NCBI GenBank assembly: GCA_965215515.1
Contig: OZ244057.1
Coordinates: 32,001-96,000 of the forward strand
Length of the DNA: 64,000 nucleotides
DNA from: Oligoflexales bacterium
Lineage (GTDB): Bacteria; Bdellovibrionota_B; Oligoflexia; Oligoflexales; JAPPIL01
Direction of reading: 5' to 3'
Shown here: in pieces, positions 8,874 to 18,246 of the stretch
Layout of the letters: each line of letters starts with the position of its first letter
Numbering within the stretch: the first letter of the stretch is position 1
Made by a program: the position numbers and the translations under genes
The notes under the pieces: generated by a model
The model's input: the letters and a program-made list of their open reading frames with translations, nothing else
Databases searched by the model: none
What the model was told of the DNA's origin: nothing

Positions 8874-10292
8874 ATGTGTGCCATCCGTCTCTGTCTCGTA
8901 TGCGTGTTTTTGTCAGCTCTCGTCACCGTAACCCACTCCGCCACCGCCGCATCGCCGTCCGTCGCTAAGGGCGGTATGAAGCTCAGTGCCCTCTGGCGGG
9001 GGGCGGCAAAGAAGGCACTGCCCGCGGCAGCCGCGGCCTGGCTGGCGTTTACGCCGCCGCCAGCGCCAGCTCTGCCCAGTAGCCCCGTCCCGAAGTTGCC
9101 GTCCGTGCAGCACGCTCTACCGACGGAACATCCACAGTTACCAGGAGGGTATCTCGGCCACCGCGTGTTCTTCACCCAGGAAGGGATCGGCACACGCGGT
9201 ATCGTCATCGCTAGTGATGGCCGTACTGCAACGGTCGCCGTTCCTAGCCCGACAGGGGGGAACGAGCACATAACGGTATCCGTCGCAGACATCGAGGCTG
9301 TGTTGAGTCAGGATTACGCGGTCGTCGGTAATCTGGTCACCTTCGTACCCAGTGACCGCGTACACGACTTGGAGTTGGCCGCGTTAACTTTTCCGACAGG
9401 AGTGTCTGTGTTCCCCGACGGACGGTTGGTGTTCGATGGTGAACAGGAGAAGGAGGTTGCTTTTGGTCTTATCACGGCAACGACAGAGGACGGTAGTTAC
9501 ATCGTCCGACCGTACCTGCATAACATGTTCGCACCCGATCCGCACAAGGGTGACATTGAACCGTTTGCCCATCGCAACCATTCGCACGAGGTGAAACATT
9601 TCCATCGTCTTAACAAAGGCTTGTACCTCGTGACACGGGAAAATATTTTCACGGGTCTCGGTCGGGTAGTGCTGGAAGAAACGGAGATCAACACTCCTTT
9701 CTTCTCGCCGCTGGCAGGCTACGACCGTCAGCGGGAGGCAAATGCCGCGGCGCAGCGGGGTGGTTTACCCTTACCGCACGAGAATGTGCCTGCGCCCGTC
9801 ATCAGCCCTTACCTCACCGAGAAGCACACCGCGGCAGACTTTGTGGACAGAATAATTTATTATTACGAAGCAGATGGCAGTAAGTATGTAGCTTACGCGG
9901 TGGGGCAACGGAAGGGCAAGGTCGCGGTGCTACTGCCAGGCGGCAAACAGAAAAAATTAGTCGCGGTCGAGCAGATCAGAGCCGCGTCGCGAGAGAGTGA
10001 GGTGGTAGGTAATGGGGTTTCCTTCATTACGGGCAGTGCCTATCCCCTCATTCATTCTGTGCACTGGCAGGGCGAGCGTCTACCAGGATCGCGTGGCGTG
10101 GTGTGGGGTGGACGGGTAGTGGACGGCACGGTTGTCGCCAGCCTTGACAACGACCTGGTGATTGTGAAAGTGGAGATTAATTCTGGTAACGGACTGTATA
10201 TCAATTACCAGCTGTATCTTATCCACAACAGGAGTGAAGGGCTGCTCCATTACGGTAACCACCATCATCACGACGGCGGCAACAATTGGTAG
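8874..10292 (+). CDS. Secreted hypothetical protein with internal domain duplication
   Basis: Signal peptide, Pro-rich linker and two similar beta-rich modules. Confidence 0.7.
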   Translation: MCAIRLCLVCVFLSALVTVTHSATAASPSVAKGGMKLSALWRGAAKKALPAAAAAWLAFTPPPAPALPSSPVPKLPSVQHALPTEHPQLPGGYLGHRVFFTQEGIGTRGIVIASDGRTATVAVPSPTGGNEHITVSVADIEAVLSQDYAVVGNLVTFVPSDRVHDLELAALTFPTGVSVFPDGRLVFDGEQEKEVAFGLITATTEDGSYIVRPYLHNMFAPDPHKGDIEPFAHRNHSHEVKHFHRLNKGLYLVTRENIFTGLGRVVLEETEINTPFFSPLAGYDRQREANAAAQRGGLPLPHENVPAPVISPYLTEKHTAADFVDRIIYYYEADGSKYVAYAVGQRKGKVAVLLPGGKQKKLVAVEQIRAASRESEVVGNGVSFITGSAYPLIHSVHWQGERLPGSRGVVWGGRVVDGTVVASLDNDLVIVKVEINSGNGLYINYQLYLIHNRSEGLLHYGNHHHHDGGNNW

Positions 10293-10307
10293 ACACGAAC
10301 GCACACG

Positions 10308-11273
10308 ATGACTAGCCTCGCCACCAAGTTGCGTCTGCGCTGCCAGCAATATCCGAAAGTGCTGGGGTTACCAGAGAGTGATGACCCGCGTGTCTTGCGG
10401 GCGGGGCTTGAGTTGTTAGCGGAGAATGCGGTCAAGCGACTCTATTTGTTTCATGACCGCAAGACTTGCACCGCGCTCAGTCGCAGCTTCGATGGTATTT
10501 CTCATTTACAAGACCCTCGTATCGTGTGGTTTGATCTGCGTTATCATGTCGATGTGGCAAATGCGGTGCGAGAAAAGTTGGCGGTGAAGGGACGCACGAT
10601 GTCGCCTTTGCATGTGGCGGTCTATCTGTTAGCGACGGGACAACTCGACACGGTCTGTGCAGGAGCGACACATACAACAGCGGATGTCATTCGGGCAGCA
10701 CTTACCTTCTTGCAATTATCGGCGGGACGCACGGTCAGCGGTTCTTTTTTGCTCAGTCGTCAGCAACGCACCATGATGTTTGCCGATTGTGCCGTTATCA
10801 TCGACCCTGACAGTCAACAGTTAGCCGCCATCGCTGCCAGCACGGTAGAGACCTTTCACTTATTGTTTCCTGAGGAAAAACCGAAAGTTGCTTTTTTATC
10901 TTTTTCCACCAAGGGTTCTGCGCAACATCCTCGTCAGCAGAAGGTGCGGGACGGGTTGAAAATTTTTCAGCACAAGTTTTCTCACATTAACAGCGATGGT
11001 GAGATGCAGTTCGATGCCGCAGTCGATCCTGCCATCGCTTTGCAAAAGTCATCGCAAGCGACGATACGTGGCGATGCCAACTGTTTTATTTTTCCCAATC
11101 TCGATGCGGGCAATATCGGCTACAAAATTTCGCAGCGTCTCGGTAACTTCGCTGCCTTCGGCCCTATTTTGCAGGGTTTCACTAAACCGCTGAGTGATCT
11201 TTCGCGCGGTGCGAGCAGTGCTGAGATTAAAACCGCTGCCTACATCAGTCTCTGCCGTGCAATCTCCAACTAG
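10308..11273 (+). CDS. pta: Phosphate acetyltransferase
   Basis: LPESDDPRVL, FADCAV, LSFSTKGSA, DGEMQFDAA and FPNLDAGNIGYK motifs. Confidence 0.93.
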   Translation: MTSLATKLRLRCQQYPKVLGLPESDDPRVLRAGLELLAENAVKRLYLFHDRKTCTALSRSFDGISHLQDPRIVWFDLRYHVDVANAVREKLAVKGRTMSPLHVAVYLLATGQLDTVCAGATHTTADVIRAALTFLQLSAGRTVSGSFLLSRQQRTMMFADCAVIIDPDSQQLAAIAASTVETFHLLFPEEKPKVAFLSFSTKGSAQHPRQQKVRDGLKIFQHKFSHINSDGEMQFDAAVDPAIALQKSSQATIRGDANCFIFPNLDAGNIGYKISQRLGNFAAFGPILQGFTKPLSDLSRGASSAEIKTAAYISLCRAISN

Positions 11274-11282
11274 AGTAACACG

Positions 11283-12242
11283 ATGCTTGAGCTAGTAACG
11301 GGTGGCTTGGGTTTCATCGGCAGTGTCTATGTCGCCTGTGCCGTGCGTGCGGGGCGGCACTGTATCGTTGTCGATCGTGATAGCAGCAAAAAAAATCTGT
11401 TACGTGCGTTGCCGCGTGTCGAAGTTATTATCGCCGACCTATTGTCGCGGGAACGGATCACGGCACTTGTTGCACAGTATCAACCGCAAATCGTGCATCA
11501 TTTTGCTGCGCACAGTGCGGTCGGTGCTGTGCCCGAGACTACGTTCGCGGAAAACGTCACCATGACAGCTAACTTGCTGGCGGCACTGCAGGCTGGCAGG
11601 TCAGATGTGGGGTTGGTGTTTGCCAGTTCTTGCTCCGTCTATGGAGACGGTGAGGGGGTAAGTGACGAGACTACGACCCTGCATCCTATCTCTGCCTATG
11701 CCCGTTCTAAAGTTGCCTGCGAACGGTTACTCCGTGATGCGGTACGTAACACGCAGTTGGCGGCGGTGTCGTTGCGTTATGCTAACGTCGCGGGGGCGAT
11801 AGAGGGGTATGGGGAACAATTCAGTAGCGCGACGACACGCCTCATTCCCAAACTCATCGCCGCGGCACGGCATAACGAGGTCGCGACGATTTTCGGGTAT
11901 GATTTTTCTACGCCCGACGGCACGTGTCGCAGGGACTACGTGCATGTCCGTGATGTCGTCGCGGCGCACGAGCGGGCGGCAGTGCGTCTACAGCCAGGAC
12001 GGTGTATGAGTTTCAACATCTGTGCAGGCACGTCACACTCTAATCTGGAAGTTGTACGGGCAGTCGAGCAGATCAGTGGCAGACACCTGCGGATTAAGAT
12101 GGCAGCAAGGCGTAAAGGCGATCCCGCCGCGGTGCAGCTCAGCAAGGCAAAAGCGGCGCGCACATTGGGTTTTGTAGCGCAACATTCAGAGCTGGCCACT
12201 ATCATCGGCGATACACACCGCTGGCTGAATCGGCTTTGTTGA
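11283..12242 (+). CDS. galE: UDP-glucose 4-epimerase-like NAD-dependent epimerase
   Basis: TGGLGFIGS, YARSK, LRYANVAGA and TPDGTCRRDYVHVRD motifs. Confidence 0.8.
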   Translation: MLELVTGGLGFIGSVYVACAVRAGRHCIVVDRDSSKKNLLRALPRVEVIIADLLSRERITALVAQYQPQIVHHFAAHSAVGAVPETTFAENVTMTANLLAALQAGRSDVGLVFASSCSVYGDGEGVSDETTTLHPISAYARSKVACERLLRDAVRNTQLAAVSLRYANVAGAIEGYGEQFSSATTRLIPKLIAAARHNEVATIFGYDFSTPDGTCRRDYVHVRDVVAAHERAAVRLQPGRCMSFNICAGTSHSNLEVVRAVEQISGRHLRIKMAARRKGDPAAVQLSKAKAARTLGFVAQHSELATIIGDTHRWLNRLC

Positions 12243-13303
12243 ACGTGGAGTTGCCCCACCAAAACATTATCTGGATACAAACAGCTTTTCTCGGCGACAT
12301 CGTGTTGACAACGGCGGGGATGCGTCTGGCGGCACAGCAGTTTCCGCGCGCAAGGCATTTTCTCATCACCACGCAGACAGGCAAGCTTGCTCTGCGCCAG
12401 CAGCATTACCTTACCGACATCTTTGTCCTCGACAAATCAACCCGTAACCTCTGGCGCACCTTCAGGGCAGTCAAGCATGCACTTGCGCCGTTGCGTCTCG
12501 CGACGGAACACACTGTAGTTATCAAACCTCACCTGAGCTTGCGTTCTGCCTTGTTAGCCAAATATCTCGCTTTCCCTACCATAACTTTCAGTGACAGTAC
12601 CCTGGCGTTTCTCGCCACCCAAAAAATCACACCCGACCATCGCCAGCACATCACCACCCGTATCGCCTCGCTGCTCGCCCCGCTAGGCGTTGCTGCGACC
12701 GACATTGCCAACGCTAAGCCTTACCTCGCCGCGGGCAAACCTTCCGTCAATATTCCCCCTGACTTGCGTAATTTTACCGGCTCGCTTATCGCCCTCGCCC
12801 CTGGCAGTCGGTGGGGCACGAAGATGTGGCCGAGCGCAAATTACCGCGCTCTACTCGCCTCACTTCTCGCTCACAACCCTCGACTAGGAAGCATCCTGCT
12901 GGGCAACCGCAAAGAAATTTATCTCGGGAAAATTATCGACCAACAATTTACATCACAAAAAAACTATTGGAATCTTATCGGCAAAACTTCACTCGCTGAT
13001 CTTCTCTACCTCATCCCTAAAAGCACACTGATAGTTACCAACGACAACGCCCTTGCACATTACGCATCCGCTTACAATGTCGCGACCGTCATGATCTTCG
13101 GCCCCACCGTACCTGCCTTCGGGTTTACCCCGCGGGCAGACAGGCACGCTATCGTCGAAACTACCCTGCCACTCGCCTGCCGCCCCTGCAGCGCACACGG
13201 GCCGATGCGCTGCCCCCGCAAACATTTCCAGTGCATGCGTTCTATCACGGTCGCTCAGGTTTTGCGGCAGGTGACACGGCTGCTCGACGATATAGATCGA
13301 TGA
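12236..13303 (+). CDS. GT9 ADP-heptose:LPS heptosyltransferase (WaaF-like)
   Basis: IQTAFLGDIVL, APGSRWGTKMWP, NDNALAH, FGPT and CRPC..HG..C..HFQCM motifs. Confidence 0.88.
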   Translation: MLNVELPHQNIIWIQTAFLGDIVLTTAGMRLAAQQFPRARHFLITTQTGKLALRQQHYLTDIFVLDKSTRNLWRTFRAVKHALAPLRLATEHTVVIKPHLSLRSALLAKYLAFPTITFSDSTLAFLATQKITPDHRQHITTRIASLLAPLGVAATDIANAKPYLAAGKPSVNIPPDLRNFTGSLIALAPGSRWGTKMWPSANYRALLASLLAHNPRLGSILLGNRKEIYLGKIIDQQFTSQKNYWNLIGKTSLADLLYLIPKSTLIVTNDNALAHYASAYNVATVMIFGPTVPAFGFTPRADRHAIVETTLPLACRPCSAHGPMRCPRKHFQCMRSITVAQVLRQVTRLLDDIDR

Positions 13304-14042
13304 GCTTAGCATACTTGACAAAACTGTAAAGCGATCCATACATGGCAAGACAGTAACCAGCGTAGCCGTCGAGAAAACCACCCCTAAGGATGTAAAGATA
13401 GAGAAAATTACCCAGCGGTCGCAAGACATGCAGCGGTGGCACCCTACGTCGCTGTCGATAGGCATGCCGTGCAAACACTTCCGAATAGTGATTGAACTTG
13501 ACGTAATAGTCATGATGATCGGCATAACTGTGATGGTACAGCACGCCATTTTTTACTTTTGGCACCGCCAGTGAGGAAGAAATGACAACTTTTTCGTGAA
13601 TTGCACCTGCAAAATGAGCTTTCTCTCTCCTGAACAGAGGTATAATGTAGTTGCAGCTCCTACCGAAACGTAGCCTCCTACCCATGAAAACAGATCGACG
13701 GATGACTCTGAACCCCCCGATATGAGAAGGAATAGCTGGTTTGGCAAAATTTTTTCGTAACCAACACGCCAACGCAGAACTCATCTCTTCGTCGGCATCG
13801 AGACTGAATACCCAGCTTTTCGTTGCCCGCCGTAGAGCTTTGTTCTTTTGTGCACTGTAATTGGCAAAAGACGAGACACTAACCTCCGCCCCGTACTCTT
13901 CAGCAATTGCTACGGTGCGGTCATCGCTGTGCGCATCGACGACGATCACCTCCGCTCCCCGTGGCAAACTTGCCAAACAACGCGGCAAGTCACGCTCTTC
14001 GTTGAAGGTGATGATGGTAATGGCAAGGTCGAGTTCAGACAC
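13245..14042 (-). CDS. GT2 glycosyltransferase (LPS beta-1,4-glucosyltransferase KdtX/LgtF-like)
   Basis: ITFNEE..VVDAHSDDRT, LDADE, IHE and GFLDG motifs. Confidence 0.88.
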   Translation of the reverse strand: MSELDLAITIITFNEERDLPRCLASLPRGAEVIVVDAHSDDRTVAIAEEYGAEVSVSSFANYSAQKNKALRRATKSWVFSLDADEEMSSALACWLRKNFAKPAIPSHIGGFRVIRRSVFMGRRLRFGRSCNYIIPLFRREKAHFAGAIHEKVVISSSLAVPKVKNGVLYHHSYADHHDYYVKFNHYSEVFARHAYRQRRRVPPLHVLRPLGNFLYLYILRGGFLDGYAGYCLAMYGSLYSFVKYAKLIDLYRRAAVSPAAKPERP

Positions 14043-14147
14043 CCTCGAATTTCCCCCCTCGACTCGTCATAGCACTCGCTCCCCCCGCCTTCTAGCATGT
14101 TGCTATCCAGCGAGCAATCACGTAGGCTTGCCTAGAAAGGAGATGCG

Positions 14148-15272
14148 ATGCGGGTAATGCAGGTGGTAACCCAGAGGGAAGGCTGGGGAGGTGCTGATCA
14201 TCAGGCTTGCACTTTAGCGGAAGGGTTAGCTGAGACGATGGACAGTTGGGTGCTTGCCCCCTCAGGACACCGTATCTTTTCGCGCCTCAGTGCCAAGGTG
14301 CGAGCTGTCCCGATGACACTCGGTAGCGGCTTTCGCCCCCACCTCGCCCTTCCCTTCGTGCGGCTGGTGCAACGCGAGAAAATCGCTGTTATCGACTTTC
14401 ACTCCTCGCACGGACACAACTTCGCACTGCTGGTCAGGCGACTGTTGCCGCGGGTTAAGTTTGTCGTGCATCGGCACAACATCTATAGTCCTTCCCGTGG
14501 TGTGTTCACGCGTTACAAGTATCTGCACGGCGGCATAGATCGTTTTATCTGTGTGTCGCAGGCGGTACGCAACGTCTTGCTGCGCTACGGTGTCACGCCC
14601 TCGCAAGCGGTGGCGGTCTTGGCGACAGTGCCCCCTCCCCGCTACCGAGGGGGAGCTAAACAACGCCAACGGCAAACAATCTACGCACGGTATCGTCTCA
14701 ATCCCGACCTACCGTTAATCGGCACGGTTGCCAATTTGCTAGAGCACAGAAAAGGCTACGATACGCTGTTGCAGGCACTAAAACTTCTGAAAGAGGATGG
14801 TGTGCCCCTGCAAGCAATTTTTTGTGGGCAGGGGCCTGACCGCGCGAAACTAGAAAAACAATGCCAAGCCTTGCACCTTCACGAAGATGTGCGTTTTGCT
14901 GGTTTTGTCGCTGAGGTCTACGATTTGCTAACTGCGGTCGATATCTTTTGTTTTCCCAGCAGAGACGAGGCACTAGGATTAGCGGTACAAGAAGCCGCCC
15001 ATGCTGGCTGCTGCATCGTCGCCACCCGTTCTGGCGGTGTCCCTGAAATGGTTGAACACGGAACAAGCAGCATGCTATCCGATGAAGGAGATGCTGTCGC
15101 GCTGGCAAGTAATCTCCAGTTAGTCTTAAACGATGTGCCCCTGCGCCAGCGTCTCGCCGCCAACGCCAAAACCCACGTCGCACAAAATCTCTCGGTCGAA
15201 AAAATGGTCACCGACACGGCACAGGTGTACGCGCAGCTGTTTAACACACATACTGCCAAAACCCAAACTTGA
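14148..15272 (+). CDS. GT4 glycosyltransferase
   Basis: GGAD, RKGYD, FPSRDEALGLAVQEA and GGVPE motifs. Confidence 0.88.
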   Translation: MRVMQVVTQREGWGGADHQACTLAEGLAETMDSWVLAPSGHRIFSRLSAKVRAVPMTLGSGFRPHLALPFVRLVQREKIAVIDFHSSHGHNFALLVRRLLPRVKFVVHRHNIYSPSRGVFTRYKYLHGGIDRFICVSQAVRNVLLRYGVTPSQAVAVLATVPPPRYRGGAKQRQRQTIYARYRLNPDLPLIGTVANLLEHRKGYDTLLQALKLLKEDGVPLQAIFCGQGPDRAKLEKQCQALHLHEDVRFAGFVAEVYDLLTAVDIFCFPSRDEALGLAVQEAAHAGCCIVATRSGGVPEMVEHGTSSMLSDEGDAVALASNLQLVLNDVPLRQRLAANAKTHVAQNLSVEKMVTDTAQVYAQLFNTHTAKTQT

Positions 15273-15300
15273 CCGCGCGGCATATAAAATAATATATAAC

Positions 15301-15329
15301 TTGACATTGTTTTTATGGTATAATATACT
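15301..15329 (+). promoter_or_regulatory. Sigma70-type promoter
   Basis: TTGACA(15301)-17 nt-TATACT(15324), plus an overlapping extended -10 TGGTATAAT (15316-15324), in an AT-rich gap. Confidence 0.65.
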
Positions 15330-15368
15330 GTCGGTCGTTTTTATTTGTAAATAGCAAGGACATTAAGT

Positions 15369-17144
15369 ATGACGGCACACCCTAGACTCATCGCCTTTAT
15401 CTTCGCAATATCGCTAGCGGCTACGCCTGCTTTGGGTGGGAACAGAGCGTGGGTCGAGATCCTCAAGGAGACTAGAAAACTAGCGGTCAAATATTTAGAA
15501 GCAGCAGCGAACAAAAAGAAGGCTATAGCTATAGAAACAGGGGGGAGCATTAATGAAGTAAAAGAAAAGGCTTACATAGAATATAATGATGCTAAACGAT
15601 TACTGCGCAAGGGGCTTAACAAAGTTGAAAAAGCGGCCTTAAACGAGGTAGCAGCCGATGCTAAGCAAAGGAAACTACCTAATTTATACGGTGAGAAATA
15701 CGACGAAATTTATTATTACGATTATTATGATGATAAAGAATTAATTGTTGAAACACTAGACAACATTTTTGTCTCGGAATCTATTGATAATATTGATAAT
15801 GATGTGCGACTTAGTATGTTGTTCAGTTCCCGTTTTGCATCGCGACTTAATCTATTTTGGGCACAGGAGGCGATCGGTGCTCCTGAAGCGCGCGCGTTGA
15901 TACGGAGCATGGAGCAAAATAAATTTACCTTTCGTGAGCCAAGGATAGGTGTCATCGATGGGGGAGTAGGGGAAGAGTTGTTCGATGGGCATCCAAGATT
16001 CACTGACGGGCTGAATAAAAAACTCGAGAAAGCATCAAGTAAACAGAGAAGTGCGCTTATCGATAAATCAGATGATCCGCATGCGACGATGACAATCGGC
16101 ATTCTGGTCAGCGAATCGGAGGCGGGAGTGAGTTCTAAGGGAAAAATATCTGAGTTGCTGCTTGGCCGCAGTAATCCATACCGAGGTTTAAAAAAGCGTC
16201 TCGACGAAGGCCATGAAATTCCCCCCCTCTACAACCAGTCAAGGCATTTTACAGCAAGAGAAATCAGCGATCCAGCCACGGAGCAAGTGCTCGACAGCAC
16301 AATCCTTGTTCATGCTGCAGGTAATGATTTTCCTGCCCCTATTCTAGGCACACCTCCTGAGTTCTTAGATAAAATGATTGTGGTGGGCAGTGCTGACCCT
16401 GGCGGGTTTCCCAGTGCATTCTCCCAAACATCCGATAAAGTGGTTGTGCTCGCACCTAGCGATACATTTCAACGCTCCGCTCGTAATAAGGGACAATTTA
16501 TCGAATACGGCTACACGAGCGGGGCGGCACCGATGGTTAGCGCTGTGCTTAGCGATACTATGAGTATCTTGCCAGGTTTAAAGCGAGACGAAGCGGTCAT
16601 CATGTTGCAAAAAACCGCCACCCGCACGAGTATCAACAGTGTCAGTGAGGTCAACGGTGCGGGAGTGCTCAATCACTACAAAATGCTGCGGGTTGCCCAA
16701 AGATTGCACGCGGCTGGCTTTAACGAGGCTGACCGTGCCCAGAGGCTCGCCCTGCTCAAAGACGAAAAGCACTATGACTTTGCCAGAGAAGCGACAGGGC
16801 TTCAAGCAGAAGCAGACGAGCTACTCGAAAGCGCAGACCCAGACAACTACAACGCGGCATTTAAAAAACTGCGCCAAGCATTCTTTTTAGATAGCGGTGG
16901 CAGGAAAACCAGGACAGCCTTAGCTAAAATCTATGACGACGGAGGACACCCTGCTTCGGCACAATTCTACGCTGTGCCTGTAGATCTCAACCAAGGCACA
17001 CCAGCAGACCTCGATGACATACCTATTTACATACAAAACATTTACAAAAAAGCTGAACATAGGGCATTGCTGGACACCCATTATGACACGGATAATGAGT
17101 CTTTTATCGCATTGCTGAGGAGATTTTATTTAGGCTTCCTCTAA
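15369..17144 (+). CDS. Secreted S8 (subtilisin-like) serine peptidase
   Basis: Signal peptide; catalytic GVIDGG (D), DPHAT (H), AAGND (oxyanion N) and GYTSGAAPMV (S). Confidence 0.85.
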   Translation: MTAHPRLIAFIFAISLAATPALGGNRAWVEILKETRKLAVKYLEAAANKKKAIAIETGGSINEVKEKAYIEYNDAKRLLRKGLNKVEKAALNEVAADAKQRKLPNLYGEKYDEIYYYDYYDDKELIVETLDNIFVSESIDNIDNDVRLSMLFSSRFASRLNLFWAQEAIGAPEARALIRSMEQNKFTFREPRIGVIDGGVGEELFDGHPRFTDGLNKKLEKASSKQRSALIDKSDDPHATMTIGILVSESEAGVSSKGKISELLLGRSNPYRGLKKRLDEGHEIPPLYNQSRHFTAREISDPATEQVLDSTILVHAAGNDFPAPILGTPPEFLDKMIVVGSADPGGFPSAFSQTSDKVVVLAPSDTFQRSARNKGQFIEYGYTSGAAPMVSAVLSDTMSILPGLKRDEAVIMLQKTATRTSINSVSEVNGAGVLNHYKMLRVAQRLHAAGFNEADRAQRLALLKDEKHYDFAREATGLQAEADELLESADPDNYNAAFKKLRQAFFLDSGGRKTRTALAKIYDDGGHPASAQFYAVPVDLNQGTPADLDDIPIYIQNIYKKAEHRALLDTHYDTDNESFIALLRRFYLGFL

Positions 17145-17145
17145 C

Positions 17146-18087
17146 TCACGGATACAGCAGCTTGATGTTGGTCGCGGCACGCTTTTTCTGCAACCAGATG
17201 CGGGTCTGGGTGGCGAGTTCGAGTTGCTTGAGCTCCATCTCCAGCTCAGCCTTGCGCGCGGTGAAATCGCTATCGACGCTGAGCTGCCGCTTGACGACAT
17301 AGAAAATGTGGTGACCCGCTTCCGTCGCCAGCGGGGGGGAGTACTGCCCCTCCTGCAACGCACGTAGTGCCACACGCAGATCGGAAGACAAGTCCTGCAA
17401 ATGCACACCCTGCATAGTAGTGCGGTGCCGCTGATCGTGATACAACTCGCTGACCACCGCGAAAGATGTGCCTTGCTGAAGACGCTGATAAGCCTCCCTC
17501 AGCCGCTGCTCATCTGTCGTGAAGATCTGTCGCAATTCAAAAGTTACCAAATCCCCGACCCGTCCAGACTTTTTGAGATAATGAGTCCTAACATCCTCAT
17601 CAGTAACGTTGATCATCGGCAAGATGAGCGCTCCGTGAAATTTACGCAGCACTAGCTGATTGTTAAAATCTTGCTTGTAAATTTCGTAAGTTTTGCCTTG
17701 CGAACGCAAAAAAGCATCGAGATCAGCACGCACCAACTCCTTTTGCTTGAGGAAGGCGGCAATCTCACGTTCAGTCTCGGCATCGCTGACCTGCAGGTCA
17801 AGGTCAGCCAGCGCATCCTTAACCAGCTGCGTGTTGATAAGATCGTTAATGGCACGGGCAGTGCGGCTTGCCGTCGAAGGCGAGGGGAAATCTGAGACAC
17901 TCACCAACTGCCCGCCGTCCATCTTCGCCTTGGCCTCGCTGTATAAAACCGCATGCTCGCCGACGATTGCCACAATCCTGTCCACCGACCGCGGCTCGCC
18001 CCCTCCCTGTGGCACGAACACACCGCTGCCGAGCACCATCCCTACAAAAAATAAATAACTATACTTATTGACTTTTACAGGCAACAT
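17146..18087 (-). CDS. SurA-like periplasmic chaperone/PPIase
   Basis: VDRIVAIVGEHAVLYSE N-domain; parvulin-like GQYSPPLATEAGHHIF. Start re-assigned to ATG 18087. Confidence 0.8.
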   Translation of the reverse strand: MLPVKVNKYSYLFFVGMVLGSGVFVPQGGGEPRSVDRIVAIVGEHAVLYSEAKAKMDGGQLVSVSDFPSPSTASRTARAINDLINTQLVKDALADLDLQVSDAETEREIAAFLKQKELVRADLDAFLRSQGKTYEIYKQDFNNQLVLRKFHGALILPMINVTDEDVRTHYLKKSGRVGDLVTFELRQIFTTDEQRLREAYQRLQQGTSFAVVSELYHDQRHRTTMQGVHLQDLSSDLRVALRALQEGQYSPPLATEAGHHIFYVVKRQLSVDSDFTARKAELEMELKQLELATQTRIWLQKKRAATNIKLLYP

Positions 18088-18246
18088 AGCGATTCTCACA
18101 CCTGTTTTCGTACCGCGAGCATCCTCTCCCAAAGCAAGCCCTCTGTCAAGCTCTATAGCATACACTGTACTATGAAATGGGGGGAGGTCAAAAATGCTGA
18201 ACATCCGTGTTATGATAGTAAGAGAAACCCTCTACGATACCGTCTT

